This document shows positions 11,050 through 23,190 of a DNA stretch of 58,903 nt, piece after piece. Source of the stretch: Paraspadella gotoi (Eukaryota > Animalia > Chaetognatha); the NCBI GenBank assembly GCA_051294375.1, contig CM119263.1:31295502-31354404 (forward strand), read 5' to 3'. The position numbers were made by a program, and so were the translations under genes. The notes under the pieces are model-generated. The model made no database searches and had not been told where the DNA came from. It worked only from the letters and a program-made list of their open reading frames with translations. How positions within the stretch are numbered: the first letter of the stretch is position 1; each line of letters opens with the position of its first letter.

Positions 11050-14000
11050 ATGGAGTTAAAGGATTTAACGGAGACGTTGAAGGCGACGTTGGATCCAGGG
11101 ATGCGAGAGGCGGCGGAGAAGCATCTCGACGAAGTCCACAAAATCATCGGATTCGCTCCTTCGTTGCTGCAGTGCGTCATGAGCGATGAGGTCGAAATGC
11201 CCGTCAGACAGGCCGGTCAGTTGTTGGAAAGAATAATAATAATAATAATAGTAATAATAATAATAGTATCAATAATAATAATAATAATCACAAGAATGAT
11301 AATAATAATCATAATAATCACATGAATAATAATAATCATGATAATAATTTGGTATTAAGCAATTCGTAGTAGGATTTGCAAGTGCATTTTTATTTTTATT
11401 TGCTAATATATAGCTTATTTATTAAATGAATGGATAATTTTTATATTGGTTTTACCAATTTCATGATAATAATTATTATAATAAGAATAATAATCTGAAG
11501 AATATAAAAATAAATATAATAATAATAATAATTATCACTGTTTATCTTTATAAATTTCTTCACAGGTGGGATTTATCTAAAAAACATGGTGATGCAGTTT
11601 TGGACGGAGAGGGAACCGCTGGAGGTCGGTGACCCTGTTCCCTTTTCAATTCACGAAAACGACAAAGTCATGATAAGGAATAACATCGTGGAAGCCACCA
11701 TCAGCGCTCCTGATCCCATCAGGTTCGGGCGAGAATGATGTAGAAATGTACAAATCTGTAAATTGTTATAATACTCGGGGTTCCGACGCAAACTTCTTCG
11801 AATACAGGGTTCAACTCGCCGTCTTGATTCAAACTATCGTGAAACACGACTACCCCGGCAAGTGGCCAGGAATCGTTGAGAAGGTCAACATGTTTCTGAC
11901 GAGCGACAACATGGCGACATGGCTTGGCGCTTTGCTCACTCTCTATCAACTCGTCAAAAATTACGAGTACAAAAAGCCGGAAGAGAGAGGTTAGTTTTAA
12001 TTGTGTAAGTTTTATTTTATATTAGATATTTACTATTTAGATATTTCTTGCTGGTAATGGTAACTACCCTCGCTCACAGGTCCCTTAAACATCGCCATGC
12101 AGCAGCTGCTTCCCCTACTGCACCAACGCTGCGTGCTGCTGCTGGGCGACCACACGGAACAATCAGTCCTCATTCAGAAACAAATCCTCAAAATCTTTTA
12201 CGCTCTCGTTCAATACTTTTTGCCTCTCGATCTCATCACCAAGGAAGTCTTCGCATCCTGGATGGAGCTCGTCCGACAGGTGGGCATCTTGACTTGACTT
12301 GAAAGGCATTCGTCCAACGAGGGACTACCTCACTCTCAAAGCTGTCATTGGTAGCAGACAACAAAACTTTGAGATGCTGCAGCCAGAATGTTGTTTAAAG
12401 AGGGGGATGGAGACAAGGGATTGAGAAGGGGAGGAAGAAGGGGGAGGTGACCAAGTCGACTGGGCCTGGCCCACTCAAGAAACGGCTTTTCCTTCTCTTT
12501 TGCCATCTGAAAGAATGTTCTCGCTAGCACCGCGTGGAGGTAGAGACGTCCGTGGGTTTCACTGTGGATAAAGGCTAAATTCTTTTCTTCTCCCGCAGAT
12601 CGCGGACCGACCCGTGCCGGAGCAATGCAGCACCGTCGACGAAGAAGACAGGCCTGAACTTGCCTGGTGGAAATGCAAGAAGTGGGCGTTGCACATCCTC
12701 GTCAGGTTCGAGAGAGATTTCCCTCACCCTTTTCCTCTTTTTTCTCTCTTCTACTTATTCGATCCTTCAGAATTTTCGAACGCTACGGTTCCCCCGGAAA
12801 CGTCACCTCAGACTACAACGAATTTTCCGAATATTATCTCAAAAACTTCACGGGAGGAATCATTCAGGTTCGACGATATTCTTTGGCCAGGAAAATCGTA
12901 ATTGTTAATCTCGCGGTTTTTAAATCTAGAAGCATATGTTAGAGATAAATAATAAACCATATGAACAAATACTAAACCGTATAAACCCCGACGATGGCTA
13001 ATTAATATTATTGCAATCTGTATAAAATGGAATCAAGATTAAGCAAAGTAATGAAATAATAACAAACTGTATTGTTTGTTAACAAATATCGATTGTTTAT
13101 ATTTTTAAACACTTTTACAAAAGGTAAATAAGATCGACGGATTACGACATAACAACACAACTGGTTTGATAAGACAGGGTCACTTAAAAATAACATAATA
13201 GTCAATGATTTCTTTGCTATCTTTGCAGTTTACACTATTTTCTTCGATGTATTAATTAACCACGACGAGAATTAGAAAAACGAGCAAAAGGTTTATTTAC
13301 TTATTCACAGTTTAAAAGCGCAATGAGAAAACAACTAAGTTAGAAAATATATTACAACCATTCGGGCCGAGGGCAGCTTCGCTTATCTAAACTAAAGTCC
13401 TTCGTCCTACTCCCTCGGCCCATGAAACAATCCCCTTTGGCCTAGTCCCACTCTCCGCCCTCTGATTCGCTATGAAGCTAAACCCACGATCGAATGAGCG
13501 AAGGAGGGAGAGAGTGGGAGGGGGATAGAGAGAAAGAGAGTTCACGACGATCGAATAGAGTGGAGGCGGATCCCATATCCGCTGACGCGCCCCCCCGCCG
13601 CCCCAGACGAGGGGACAGGTCTTAGACTGGCGCCGAGTCTCTGAATTTGATCGCTGTTTTTGCGCAGTCGGCGAATCTCGCTAAGGCGTCAGATGGTTGC
13701 CATTTCTTTGCAGCGTTTTTGATTCTGTCAGCGGCGTCGTTTGCTAGCTTCGCCGCTTTCACCCTCTCTGGGGGTTTACCTTTTTCTGACTTTGGATATG
13801 GTAATAATGAGCAATTGTAATTTTCGAAAGTTTTATTAGTGGTTTGGACATCATCTAATTCATCGGTTACAACTGCGTCTCTGCGCCTAAATTCAAATCT
13901 ATACCTTCGGAAATTCTATCATGTTGTTCTTCCCCACCAACAAAGTGAGCAATCTGCTCTGCAAACGCGACATCTCCCGAGAGAAAAACGAAGAGAAACC

Positions 14001-17000
14001 TCCTCTTCCCGCCTTCTCTTCCCCTCCCGTACGCTACCTACGTACGCCGACACGAGACAGAATCACTTCTTTGTTCGCGCTTTTGCGCTCAGTCTCCCGG
14101 CTTTTTTACGAAAAATTTTTTTTTTATTATTTTTGTTGAATAATTTTGCATATTTTTCGTTTCTCTTTTGGGAGTTCAGAATACAGATATTCTTCAACAC
14201 GTGGCTTTTTGAAGTTTTTTCTTCACGGCCGCCATCTTTTCTCTTCGTTGTGCGTGGCTTCGGAGGGAAGAGCCTTGACTCGGCCTTTCGCTTGCCCTCG
14301 ACGCACCCTGCGCGGCTGCGGAGGGAAGAGCTGCGACTCGGCCCTCTCGTTTGCCCACGGCGCTTAGTACGGCTGCAGGGGGGAAGAACCTTGTTTTCGG
14401 CCCCCTTGTTTGTCCAGTGCTCTCCGTTTTGGACTGAGGCGCGTGTTTTCAACTCGACTACCTCATCGTCTCTTCCGCCGCCGCCTCCACCCCGCCTCCA
14501 CCGCCTCCACCATCAGCCATTCCGGGCTTTTCTGGTCAGGCCGAAGTCATGCCCCTTCAGATGGAGGCAGTTTTTTCTCCAAATTAGCAACGCTCTTTCT
14601 AGCGTTCGTCCGGAATTTAAGGAGTTTCGCCGCTCGTCTCGTTCCGAGTTGGAGAGTCTTCGGCGGCGAGTTCTTCTTTCTTTTCGTTTTTTGTTTTCGC
14701 CTTTTTTTGGCGTACATTCGGCGTACAGAGGGGTTTCTCCTCTGTGCCCCACCTAACTCGACTTTGTTTGTTTTTTGTCGGCCTTCGCCTGGTCTTGTTA
14801 CAGGCTCACTTTGTTGGTGGGGAAGAACAACATGATAGAATTTTATGGTTCCAAATGGAACCGGGATTCTTCATGGTTCTTCCACCAACAACCACCCACC
14901 GTCCACCCCTGGCACCACCGGTGGTGGAGGGCGGCTCAGGCTCGCTTGTCTTGTTTGGTGGGGTGTTTTTTGGGGTTCTTTTTTTGAGACTGTCATTTTT
15001 CAATGATTTCTCTTTTTTTTCCATGTACGTTTTCTTCATGGTTCTTGGACGCCTCTGTTCGCCATTTCGCCGTTCTTCGTCGATCTTCGTTTGTTCGCCA
15101 GCGACTTGGAGTCTTCGCGTTCTTTGGCGGCCTCTTCGGCGGCGGATCGGCCTTCACGCTCCGAGCGGGTGACTGCGTCACGCCTTCCTCGTCGCCCCAT
15201 CTGCGCAGCTCGAGCGACGCACGCCTCCGTTTCCGGTTCAGAGGAGGGTTCCTCCTCTGAAGAGTCTGCTGCGGGGTTTGACAACTTCTTGTCTGGTCGT
15301 GCTTCAGTACAGCCTTCAGAGTGGGTCCTACAGCAGTGGAGGGATTTGCGCAGAGTTGGCCAGGACGACGTTCTTTTACCGTCGTGGGACGTGCTTTCTG
15401 CCAATACGCGTTTCCGGCGCTGGTCGGATGCTCTTCGCCGGCGGATTTTCGTCCCTCTCTGCTCAAGAGAGTTGCCTTGCCGCTCAGTTCGACGCCGTTC
15501 AAGGACTCCAAGATGACGCGCGCTTTCAAGGCTTTTGAGCGCATCATGAGGGACGCCGGAGCATCCGCTCATGCTGTCCTTTCTGTCGCTGACGCTCTCC
15601 GCCTCATGGTTGAGGCCCTTCGCTCAGAGGGGCCCGGTGCAGTGGACGCAGGCCACCTTGACGATCTTGCCAAGCCCTTGGAGACGCCTCGTCGGGTTTG
15701 GGCGGCGATTTTTGGTTCGGCCCTCTCCGAGTCTCGGCGCTGTTAGTTGTCGACGCTGCCCCTTCGGATTCTCAAAGACAGTTCTGTCCAGCTTTCTCGC
15801 GACCCTCTCACGTCGTTCTTTTTTCGGGAGACCGCTCCACTAGATCAATCAAGATTCCATTATTCATATCACGCTTCTTCATCCGACCGGCCGAGCCTGA
15901 GTCCGCGGCGGGGCGGATAGTTGGCACTGCACCAATTGCGGCCTCCTTATCTGGATCTATGCCAGGCACCTTAGGCCATGTGGCGTGGCAGTTGCACGGA
16001 CTGAGGTATCAGCGAACCAGCTACCCGCAGACACTCGCTCGTCCGCTCAGCCAATGCTGCCGCTGAAACCGCATGCGCTCTATCCAAGCTCAGGGCTATG
16101 TAGGTGGAGATCCACGCAGCGACCGGAGACGTAGTGAGAGAGCTCGTCCCATTTACGTTGACAAGACTGAAGCTCGAAAAGTTCGCGGCAGTACTTATCG
16201 CGATTCAGAGAGCCTAGCCGATGCAAGGATGGCGCAGCTTTAGCGGCGGGAGCTCTGCATTTCATAGGGGGAGCGTCGTGAACGAGGAGATAGGCCGGAT
16301 TGGATCGCGGCGCCAGCGAGCTTCGGAGCAAGCCAAGCCCTCCTTTTGAGAGCCATGAAGTGGGCGAGGAGGTATCATGTAAATGAATTGATGATCCGAG
16401 CGGCTCCGTTCTCGGCCATGTAGAAGTTCGTCGGCCGCCGTCAGTTTTCTCCAGGCCCGCCGGCTTTCGTTCCATGGACTGGTTTTTTGCGTTTCTCATC
16501 CCCCCCTTCTACGACGTCCGGTCAAGTGGGCGTGGCGCTTCACCGGAAGTCTTCGCGGGATTCCCCCTCTTGGTTTGCTTGGTTACGAGTGATTCTGTCT
16601 CGTGTCGGCGTACTGAGGTAGCGTACGGGAGGGGGAAGAGAAGGCGGGAAGAGGAGGTTTCCTCTTCGTTTTTCCTCTCGGGAGATGTCGCGTTTGCAGA
16701 GCAGATGCTCACTTTGTTGGTGGGGAAGAACCATGAAGAATCCCGGTTCCATTTGGAACCATAAATTTTTGTCCGTGCGGGCCTGTCTGCCCTGCCAGCG
16801 CCTGTCGCCTCCCCCGTCGCGTCTGTCGCGCCATTGGGGCGTCTGGTGTCTCTGGGTTGGCGGTCCGCTGCTCATCTGGCGTCAAGGTCAATTTCTTTGT
16901 TTCGACGGCCCTTTGGATTGCCGACATGCTTTTTGTGAGCTTCTCCATGAGCTCACGCGTGTTGTTTGCTTCTTGCATCATTGCTCCCTGATACAGGGCG

Positions 17001-20000
17001 TTCGCGCTTTCAGCAGGGTTTTTGTCGCTCAGACCCTTCTTCAGGAGCGAGTCCGTGAGGATCTGACGGTCGTTCTCCTTCACGGAATTTATGAAGCGGC
17101 GAGCGGTGTCTTCCGATTTGTATCCGTACATTTCGAGCCATCCTCGCAGGATCCATTCGATTTCTTTTCCTAGCTCGCGGCGTTTTCCTGTGTCGATGAG
17201 GTTCCTGAATTTGAGCACTTCCCTCGAGATGCCGGGGGCGTACGGGTCCAGCGCTTTCGTCAGCAGGCGGGCGACGTGGCGCGAGACTGCGTCACGTTCT
17301 TCGGGTGCGACGCAGTCGAACTTCTTGTAGATCGAGTTCACTAGTGGGAGTCCGTATTCGGAGTGTTCTTTCGGGTCCACTTTCACCACTATCTTTTCGG
17401 CTATTTCCGCCGCCGTGACCGATGATTCTTTGCACATTGCTTCGAGGCCATTCCATAGGCTGCCGCCGATGGGGTCGACGTACCAATTCGCTTCTTCGTC
17501 GCGTGCGAGGACGGCCTGTAGTTGCTCATTTACCCGTCTTTCTTCGAAATCGCAGTTCTTGAGGTTCCTGTAGATGCCTCTCAAGAACTCCATCGGCTTT
17601 TCTCCTTCACGTCGCCTATCCATCTTGATTGGCGCGCGTGAGAGCGTGAGCGCGTGGCCGGCTGGCGTTTCCGCCGGTAGACGTGCTTCTTTGGTGGTCT
17701 TCTGGCGCGTAGGCGTCTGGGCCTTCTTCCCTCGGCGTCGTGGCCAGTTCCTCTACTGCTTGTGCAAGGTCGGCCATCTTTCGGGCGAGAGCCCTCGTTT
17801 CGGCGGCCGCTTGGCGTGATTCCGCCGCGGCGCGGTGGAACTCCACTTTGTTGTCGTTGATTAAGGCTAACATCTGGTAATGGCGGCTCCCATGTTGCCT
17901 TTCTTTCCTTCCGCGACCCTTCTTAGGTTTTCGTCCAGATTTAGAAGGTGCGGTTTGCCTCTGTTGTCTCGTGCCTTCTTCGTCGTCAACGAGCCTTATC
18001 TTGTCAAGTCAGGTCGTCCATTGACTGGTGGGGTTCGGTTCTGCCGTCGTGATAAACGATCATCCCAGTCCGTCTGTCTAGGTAGGCCCCCACCAAACCT
18101 TGCGTGGCTTCTGACGTTTTTTCTCCGGCCGGCGCGGTGGGTTGTAGTGGCGGTATCGAATCTTTGCTAGCCCCCTTCTCACCAATGCCAAGCAGTTTTG
18201 CCATATCTAAAATGGACCGGGATTTAGCTTTTGGCTCAATTTTGTTTGGTGAGAGGGCCCGAATGGTTTGCACTTTTTTATTTTTGCGTAGGTTTGGCGT
18301 CTCTTCGGTTTTCGTTTCGCGTGGTTTATTTTATTTTTCGTCTCGAATTCCGTCGCTAACACCACTTTGCAGTTTACACTATTTTCTTTGATGTATTAAT
18401 TAATCACGATGAGAATTAGAAAAACGAGCACAAGGTTTATTTACTTATTCACAGTTTAAAAGCGCAATGAGAAAACAACTAAGTTAGAAAATATATTACA
18501 ACCATTCGGGCCGAGGGCAGCTTCGCTTATCTAAACTAAAGTCCTTCGTCCTACTCCCTCGGCCCATGAAACAATCCACTTTGGCCTAGTCCCACTCTCC
18601 GCCCTCTGATTCGCTATGAAGCTAAACCCACGATCGAATGAGCGAAGGAGGGAGAGAGTGGGAGGGGGATAGAGAGAAAGAGAGTTCACGACGATCGAAT
18701 AGAGTGGAGGCGGATCCATATCCGCTGACGCTATGATAGAAATTCATGTCTTTTTCTTTTCGTCTTTCAGATTCTCCTCAAACTTTTGTACGAGCACAAA
18801 CAAAAAGCCTACGTGTCGCCTCGAGTTTTGCAGCAGACCGTCAACTACTTGAACCACGCCGTCAAGCACGCCTTCTCTTGGAAATTTCTCAAGCCCCACA
18901 TGTTCGGAATTATCCAGGAAGTCATTTTCCCTCTGCTGTGTCACAGGTTTTAACCGTTTTTGTTTAAATCACCATTAAAAATTATTGGAAAATAATGAAA
19001 ATGATAAACATTTTAGCGACGCTGACGAGGAGCTGTTCGAGTCTGATCCTTACGAATACATTCGCGTCAAATTCGACGTCTTTGAAGAATTCGTTTCGCC
19101 GACGACGGCAGCTCAAACGCTTCTGCATTCCGCCGTCGCCAAAAGAAAAGTTAGTCACTTTTTCTTTGATTTAAATGTGTAATTTATTATTGTTTTTATT
19201 TTAAACTGCTTCATTTGCGTTGTTTCATGTCAGTAAATAGAATTTTCTTTTCTCGGATTGACTTCTTGCAGGATATGTTGGCGAAAACGATGGGTTTTTG
19301 CGTGCAAGTGCTGAACAACAGCGCGGGTCAACCTCGGCAGAAAGACGGGATCCTTCATATGATTGGATCCTTGGCCGATATTCTGTTGAAAAAGAAGATT
19401 TACAAGGTGAAGTATTTCTAGTAGTATTGTTGAAGTATGTTGAAATATTTATTGTTTATTTGTTGTATTTATAGTTTGTTCAATAAGATTCTGCTACTAA
19501 ATCTCATTTGAATATTGCAGCACAATTAAAATATATTCTCTTTTCTTAGGATCAAATGGAGTTGATGTTGGTGTCGCACGTCTTCCCTGAGTTCCAATCT
19601 CCGCACGGCTTCCTTCGAGCTCGTGCCTGTTGGACCATGCATTACTTCTCCGACATCAAATTCAAAAATCCCGCCAACCTCAAGACCGCGCTCGATTGCG
19701 TGCGAATGTGCATGTGCAATGATGACGCCTTACCCGTTAAAGTGGAGGCAGCCATCGCGTTGCAAATGATGCTCACCGGTGAGAAATGACTATAAATTGA
19801 TTTTTGAGAAAGAGATGCTCATCGTTGGTGCGGCGCGACTTTTTTGTCTTACAATTTGGATTTGGTGTGTGCTTCAATTTAGGCTTTGATTGTACCAAAA
19901 TTACGATAGTATAAGGATATATTTATTTTGGTCCAATAATTCGTTAAGCTAATTTCTTAATTCCCTCATCTTCCAGGTCAAGAAGAGACGGCGCAAGAAC

Positions 20001-23000
20001 TGATCAAACCTCACGTGAAGGAAGTCGTCATGACTTTGCTCGACATCATTCGCGAAACGGAAAACGACGATTTGACAAACGTCATGCAAAAGATCGTCTG
20101 CACTTACGTCGACGAAGTCACGCCCATCGCCGTCGAGATGACGCAACACCTGGCCACCACATTTCAACAGGTGGGGAGGCGAATTCTTCTCTTGGTTTAT
20201 CCCCCTCTTTATTTATAAAGAGGGGGAGATTTCCGTACGTAAATTATTATTCAGTTATTAATTGTTACATTTTTTCTTGCTTATCATTACCATTGAAAGA
20301 TACCGTTACTAATTATTGGTGAAACGAAATTCAAAACCAATATCAAACTCCGTAACAAAAAAAATATGCAATATGTCAATCTCTTTGTTTCACTAGCCCA
20401 ATATTACATCTTTTCCCCAAAGGTGATCGACTCGGACGAAGGGTCCGACGACAAAGCCATCACGGCGATGGGTCTCCTCAACACCATCGAGACGATCCTC
20501 ACCGTCATGGAGGATCAGAAGGAGATCATGACGGCGCTGGAAGGCATCGTCCTCTCCGTCGTTGGCGCCATCTTGCAGAACAACGTGATGGAGTTTTACG
20601 AGGAGGTGCTCAGCCTCATTTACAGCCTCACCAGCATTTCCATCTCTTCGCACATGTGGCAGGTATAACGGGGGCATAAATCTGTATGAGAATGGTTACC
20701 CTGATTATACAATATACATGCTATTAGAGATCGAACTCCTCAGGTTAATTTGCATAGTCTTGTTGACGTTTAGTCAACTTGAATTCGGTTATTACGCGGT
20801 CTCAAATTGTTAATTCACTTTTGACGTTAGCATGATAATTAAAAACCATCTATCGATTTTCTCTACAGGTCTTTTATCTCATCTACGAAATGTTCCAAAA
20901 GGACGGGTTCGATTTCTTCACCGACATGATGCCCTCGTTGCACAACTATGTCACCGTCGACACGACCGCCTTTTTGGCCAACCCTAAGAACTTGGAAATC
21001 ATTTACAAGTAAAGAAATAGGATGATGCCTTTTCTTTTGAAATCAACGAACTTATTTAACATCTCTCCCATGTCAGCATGTGCAAAGGCATCTTGACGGG
21101 CGACTCGGGCGAGGACGCGGAGAGTCACGCGGCCAAACTGTTGGAGGTGGTGCTGATTCAATGCAAGGGGCGCGTCGACTCGGCGATTCCGCTTTTCGTC
21201 GAACTTGCCCTGGAAAGACTTACCAAAGAAGTAAAGACGTCCGAGTTGAGGTGAGTTTTGCGGTAAGAAGGTGAAATTAATAAAGATTAAACTATTAAAT
21301 CCAATTTTATATTTTAAAATATTCAGAACCATGTGTCTCCAAGTGGTCATCGCCGCTTTATATTACAACCCCGTGCTGTTGCTGGAGACGCTGGAGAAGA
21401 TGCGCCTCCCCAACACCGACGAGAGCATCACCGCTCAATTCCTGCGCCAGTGGCTGCGCGACACCGACTGCTTCCTTGGACTGCACGACCGAAAGCTGGC
21501 TGTGCTCGGCTTGACCGCTCTGTTGGACACGCCTAACAACAGACCCGTAGCCATCAACTCTTTCGCCGCGCAGGTTTAAAACCGGAATCTTGAAAAAATA
21601 AAAATTGATCATTAGCAATATCTCTTATTTTTTCCGTTTCTTAATGTTGAAGCTTTTACCCGCGCTGCTTGCGTTGTTCGGCGGGCTCAAACGGGCCTAC
21701 GCCGCTCGCGCCGCCGCTGAAGACTCTGATGAGGATTCTGACGAAGAAGACGACGACGACGATCTTGAGGTTTGGATTTTGAAACAACGACAGTATTTCG
21801 TTTCCAAATTGTTTCCATTTTGGAACAGAGTTCCTTAGGCTCATTTGCATATTGTAGCAATTCTCATATCGGTCGATTTGTCGACATTGTTGTAGCGGAT
21901 TAATTTGTGTCATGTATAATCAGGGTAACCATTCTTATACAGATATATCTCTCTGTTATATTGTGTTTATACTTTTAGTTTTAAACTTTATTTTCTTTTA
22001 AATTTAACTTACTTTAATTTTGGTCAATAAATTTATTATAGTTGTACATTGTTGAATGTAAAAATTTTCAAACGATGTTCCATTACATTTTAATTGACAT
22101 TATTTCATTTCCCTTCACTCTCTCATTTTCTCTCCTATCCTTACCTTCAGCTGTCCTCACCTCTCGCCTCTGTCCTTTCTCAGTTCTTTGTTGGCAACCG
22201 TTAATACATGTATACATATATATATAATATTATATATGTATATACATGTATATATATCTACTATCAAACATTTGGCAAATTTCATTTTGCGCTGATGAAG
22301 ACTCGGAACCATAGAGTCGAAACATGTCCGTTATATTTAACAAAATTTTTCTCAAAAATATGATTTGTCATAATTTTTAATTCGTGTTTCTTAGAAGTTA
22401 CATTTTACAATTTTAAGTACTTTTTTAGTAGTGTTCAATAATATTTTTGTTTTACGAGTTTATTTAGATATTTTAAAATTCATATAAAATATGTAGTTTT
22501 AATGAAACGTCTTTAATCCATCTTCAGGTGGAAGAGTTGGGTTCGGATGAAGACGACATCGATGAAGAAGGCGCCGAGTATTTGGAGAAACTTCAAAAAG
22601 CTAGACAGAGCATGGAGGCGCAAGACGACGATGACGAGGTTCCGCTAGAAAAAAACATTAACCAAACTTTTTTTTACATTCGTAACAATTGATAAATATT
22701 AATACCGTTGACGTTTACTAACTTAATATTTAAGGACGATAACGAAGACGTGGAGGACGACGAGGGCGACGATGAAACTGCGTTGGAGAACTACAACACT
22801 CCGCTCGACGACGACGACTGCGACATCGACGAATACGTCATCTTCAAACACGTCATCCTCAACATGCAGTCCACCAATCAGGAATGGTCAGTCGCTCAAA
22901 CTGTTACGATCGGTTGTCTTTGGACAAACCCTCTCAACTGGTCAGTGGTCACTCTCCCTTTTTTTGAAAGGTACGCGGCGGTGATGTCCGGAGTCGATGA

Positions 23001-23190
23001 GAAGAAGATGAAGGAACTGCATGACGTCTTCACCCTCGCGGATCAACGACTCGCGGCGAGAGAGAGCAAAGCCCTCGAGAAGAAAGGAGGATATCAGTTC
23101 CAGTCGCTCACCGTTCCCACGCAATTCAACTTCGGGGCGCCGGGCGTCGCGCCCGCCGTCAACGGCGCCGTCCCCTTCGGCTCTCAGTGA
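11050..23190 (+). CDS. IPO7: Importin-7 (multi-exon; one intron enlarged by nested retroelements)
   Basis: Conserved peptides in successive GT-AG exons: [104 protein letters not shown]. Stop TGA at 23188-23190. Confidence 0.97.
13911..16767 (+). mobile_element. Non-autonomous DIRS element (ITRs, ICR, gag remnant) nested in the LTR element
   Basis: Inverted terminal repeats 13926-14067 / 16588-16731 with unequal terminal extensions. ICR 14804-14891 is the reverse complement of the left end joined to the reverse complement of the right end. AAATT is shared by both ends and the reconstructed empty site. DIRS-gag-like remnant on + at about 15091-15830. Possible YR C-terminal remnant at about 16350-16440 (weak). 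Confidence 0.9.
14804..14891 (+). repeat. DIRS internal complementary region (ICR)
   Basis: GCTCACTTTGTTGGTGGGGAAGAACAACATGATAGAATTT is complementary to 13911-13950. TATGGTTCCAAATGGAACCGGGATTCTTCATGGTTCTTCC is complementary to about 16724-16763. Confidence 0.92.
16709..18273 (-). CDS. Gag-like protein of the LTR element (ORFs 18273-18004, 17873-17616, 17623-16709), interrupted at its 3' end by the DIRS insertion
   Basis: Lies directly downstream of the PBS. N-terminal coiled coil ([24 protein letters not shown]) followed by a long charged helical region. Assignment is by position and composition only. Confidence 0.6.
18343..18364 (-). promoter_or_regulatory. Primer-binding site, tRNA-Leu-like
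   Basis: The + strand reads TCGAATTCCGTCGCTAACACCA, resembling a tRNA 3' end from the T-loop to CCA. On the minus strand TGGTGTTAGCG follows the 5' LTR directly. Confidence 0.75.
22289..22331 (+). ncRNA. Minimal type I hammerhead ribozyme (Penelope-like element associated type) in an IPO7 intron
   Basis: gcg-CTGATGA-a-GACTC-ggaaccata-GAGTC-GAAAC-AT-GTC-cgt: full catalytic core, 5-bp stem II, palindromic stem III (ACATGT), GUC cleavage triplet, 3-bp stem I. Confidence 0.82.

Larger units (their letters stand above)
13221..18730 (-). mobile_element. Non-autonomous gag-only LTR retrotransposon in an IPO7 intron, antisense to the host gene
   Basis: Direct repeats 13221-13587 and 18365-18730, about 367 bp, with about 5 substitutions and 1 indel by eye. 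CTAT duplicated at both flanks (13217-13220, 18731-18734). tRNA-Leu-like PBS abuts the 5' LTR, G-rich PPT at 13588-13604, AATAAA on the minus strand of the LTR. Frameshifted gag-like ORFs at about 16766-18273. No RT, RNase H or integrase motifs seen. Confidence 0.88.
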
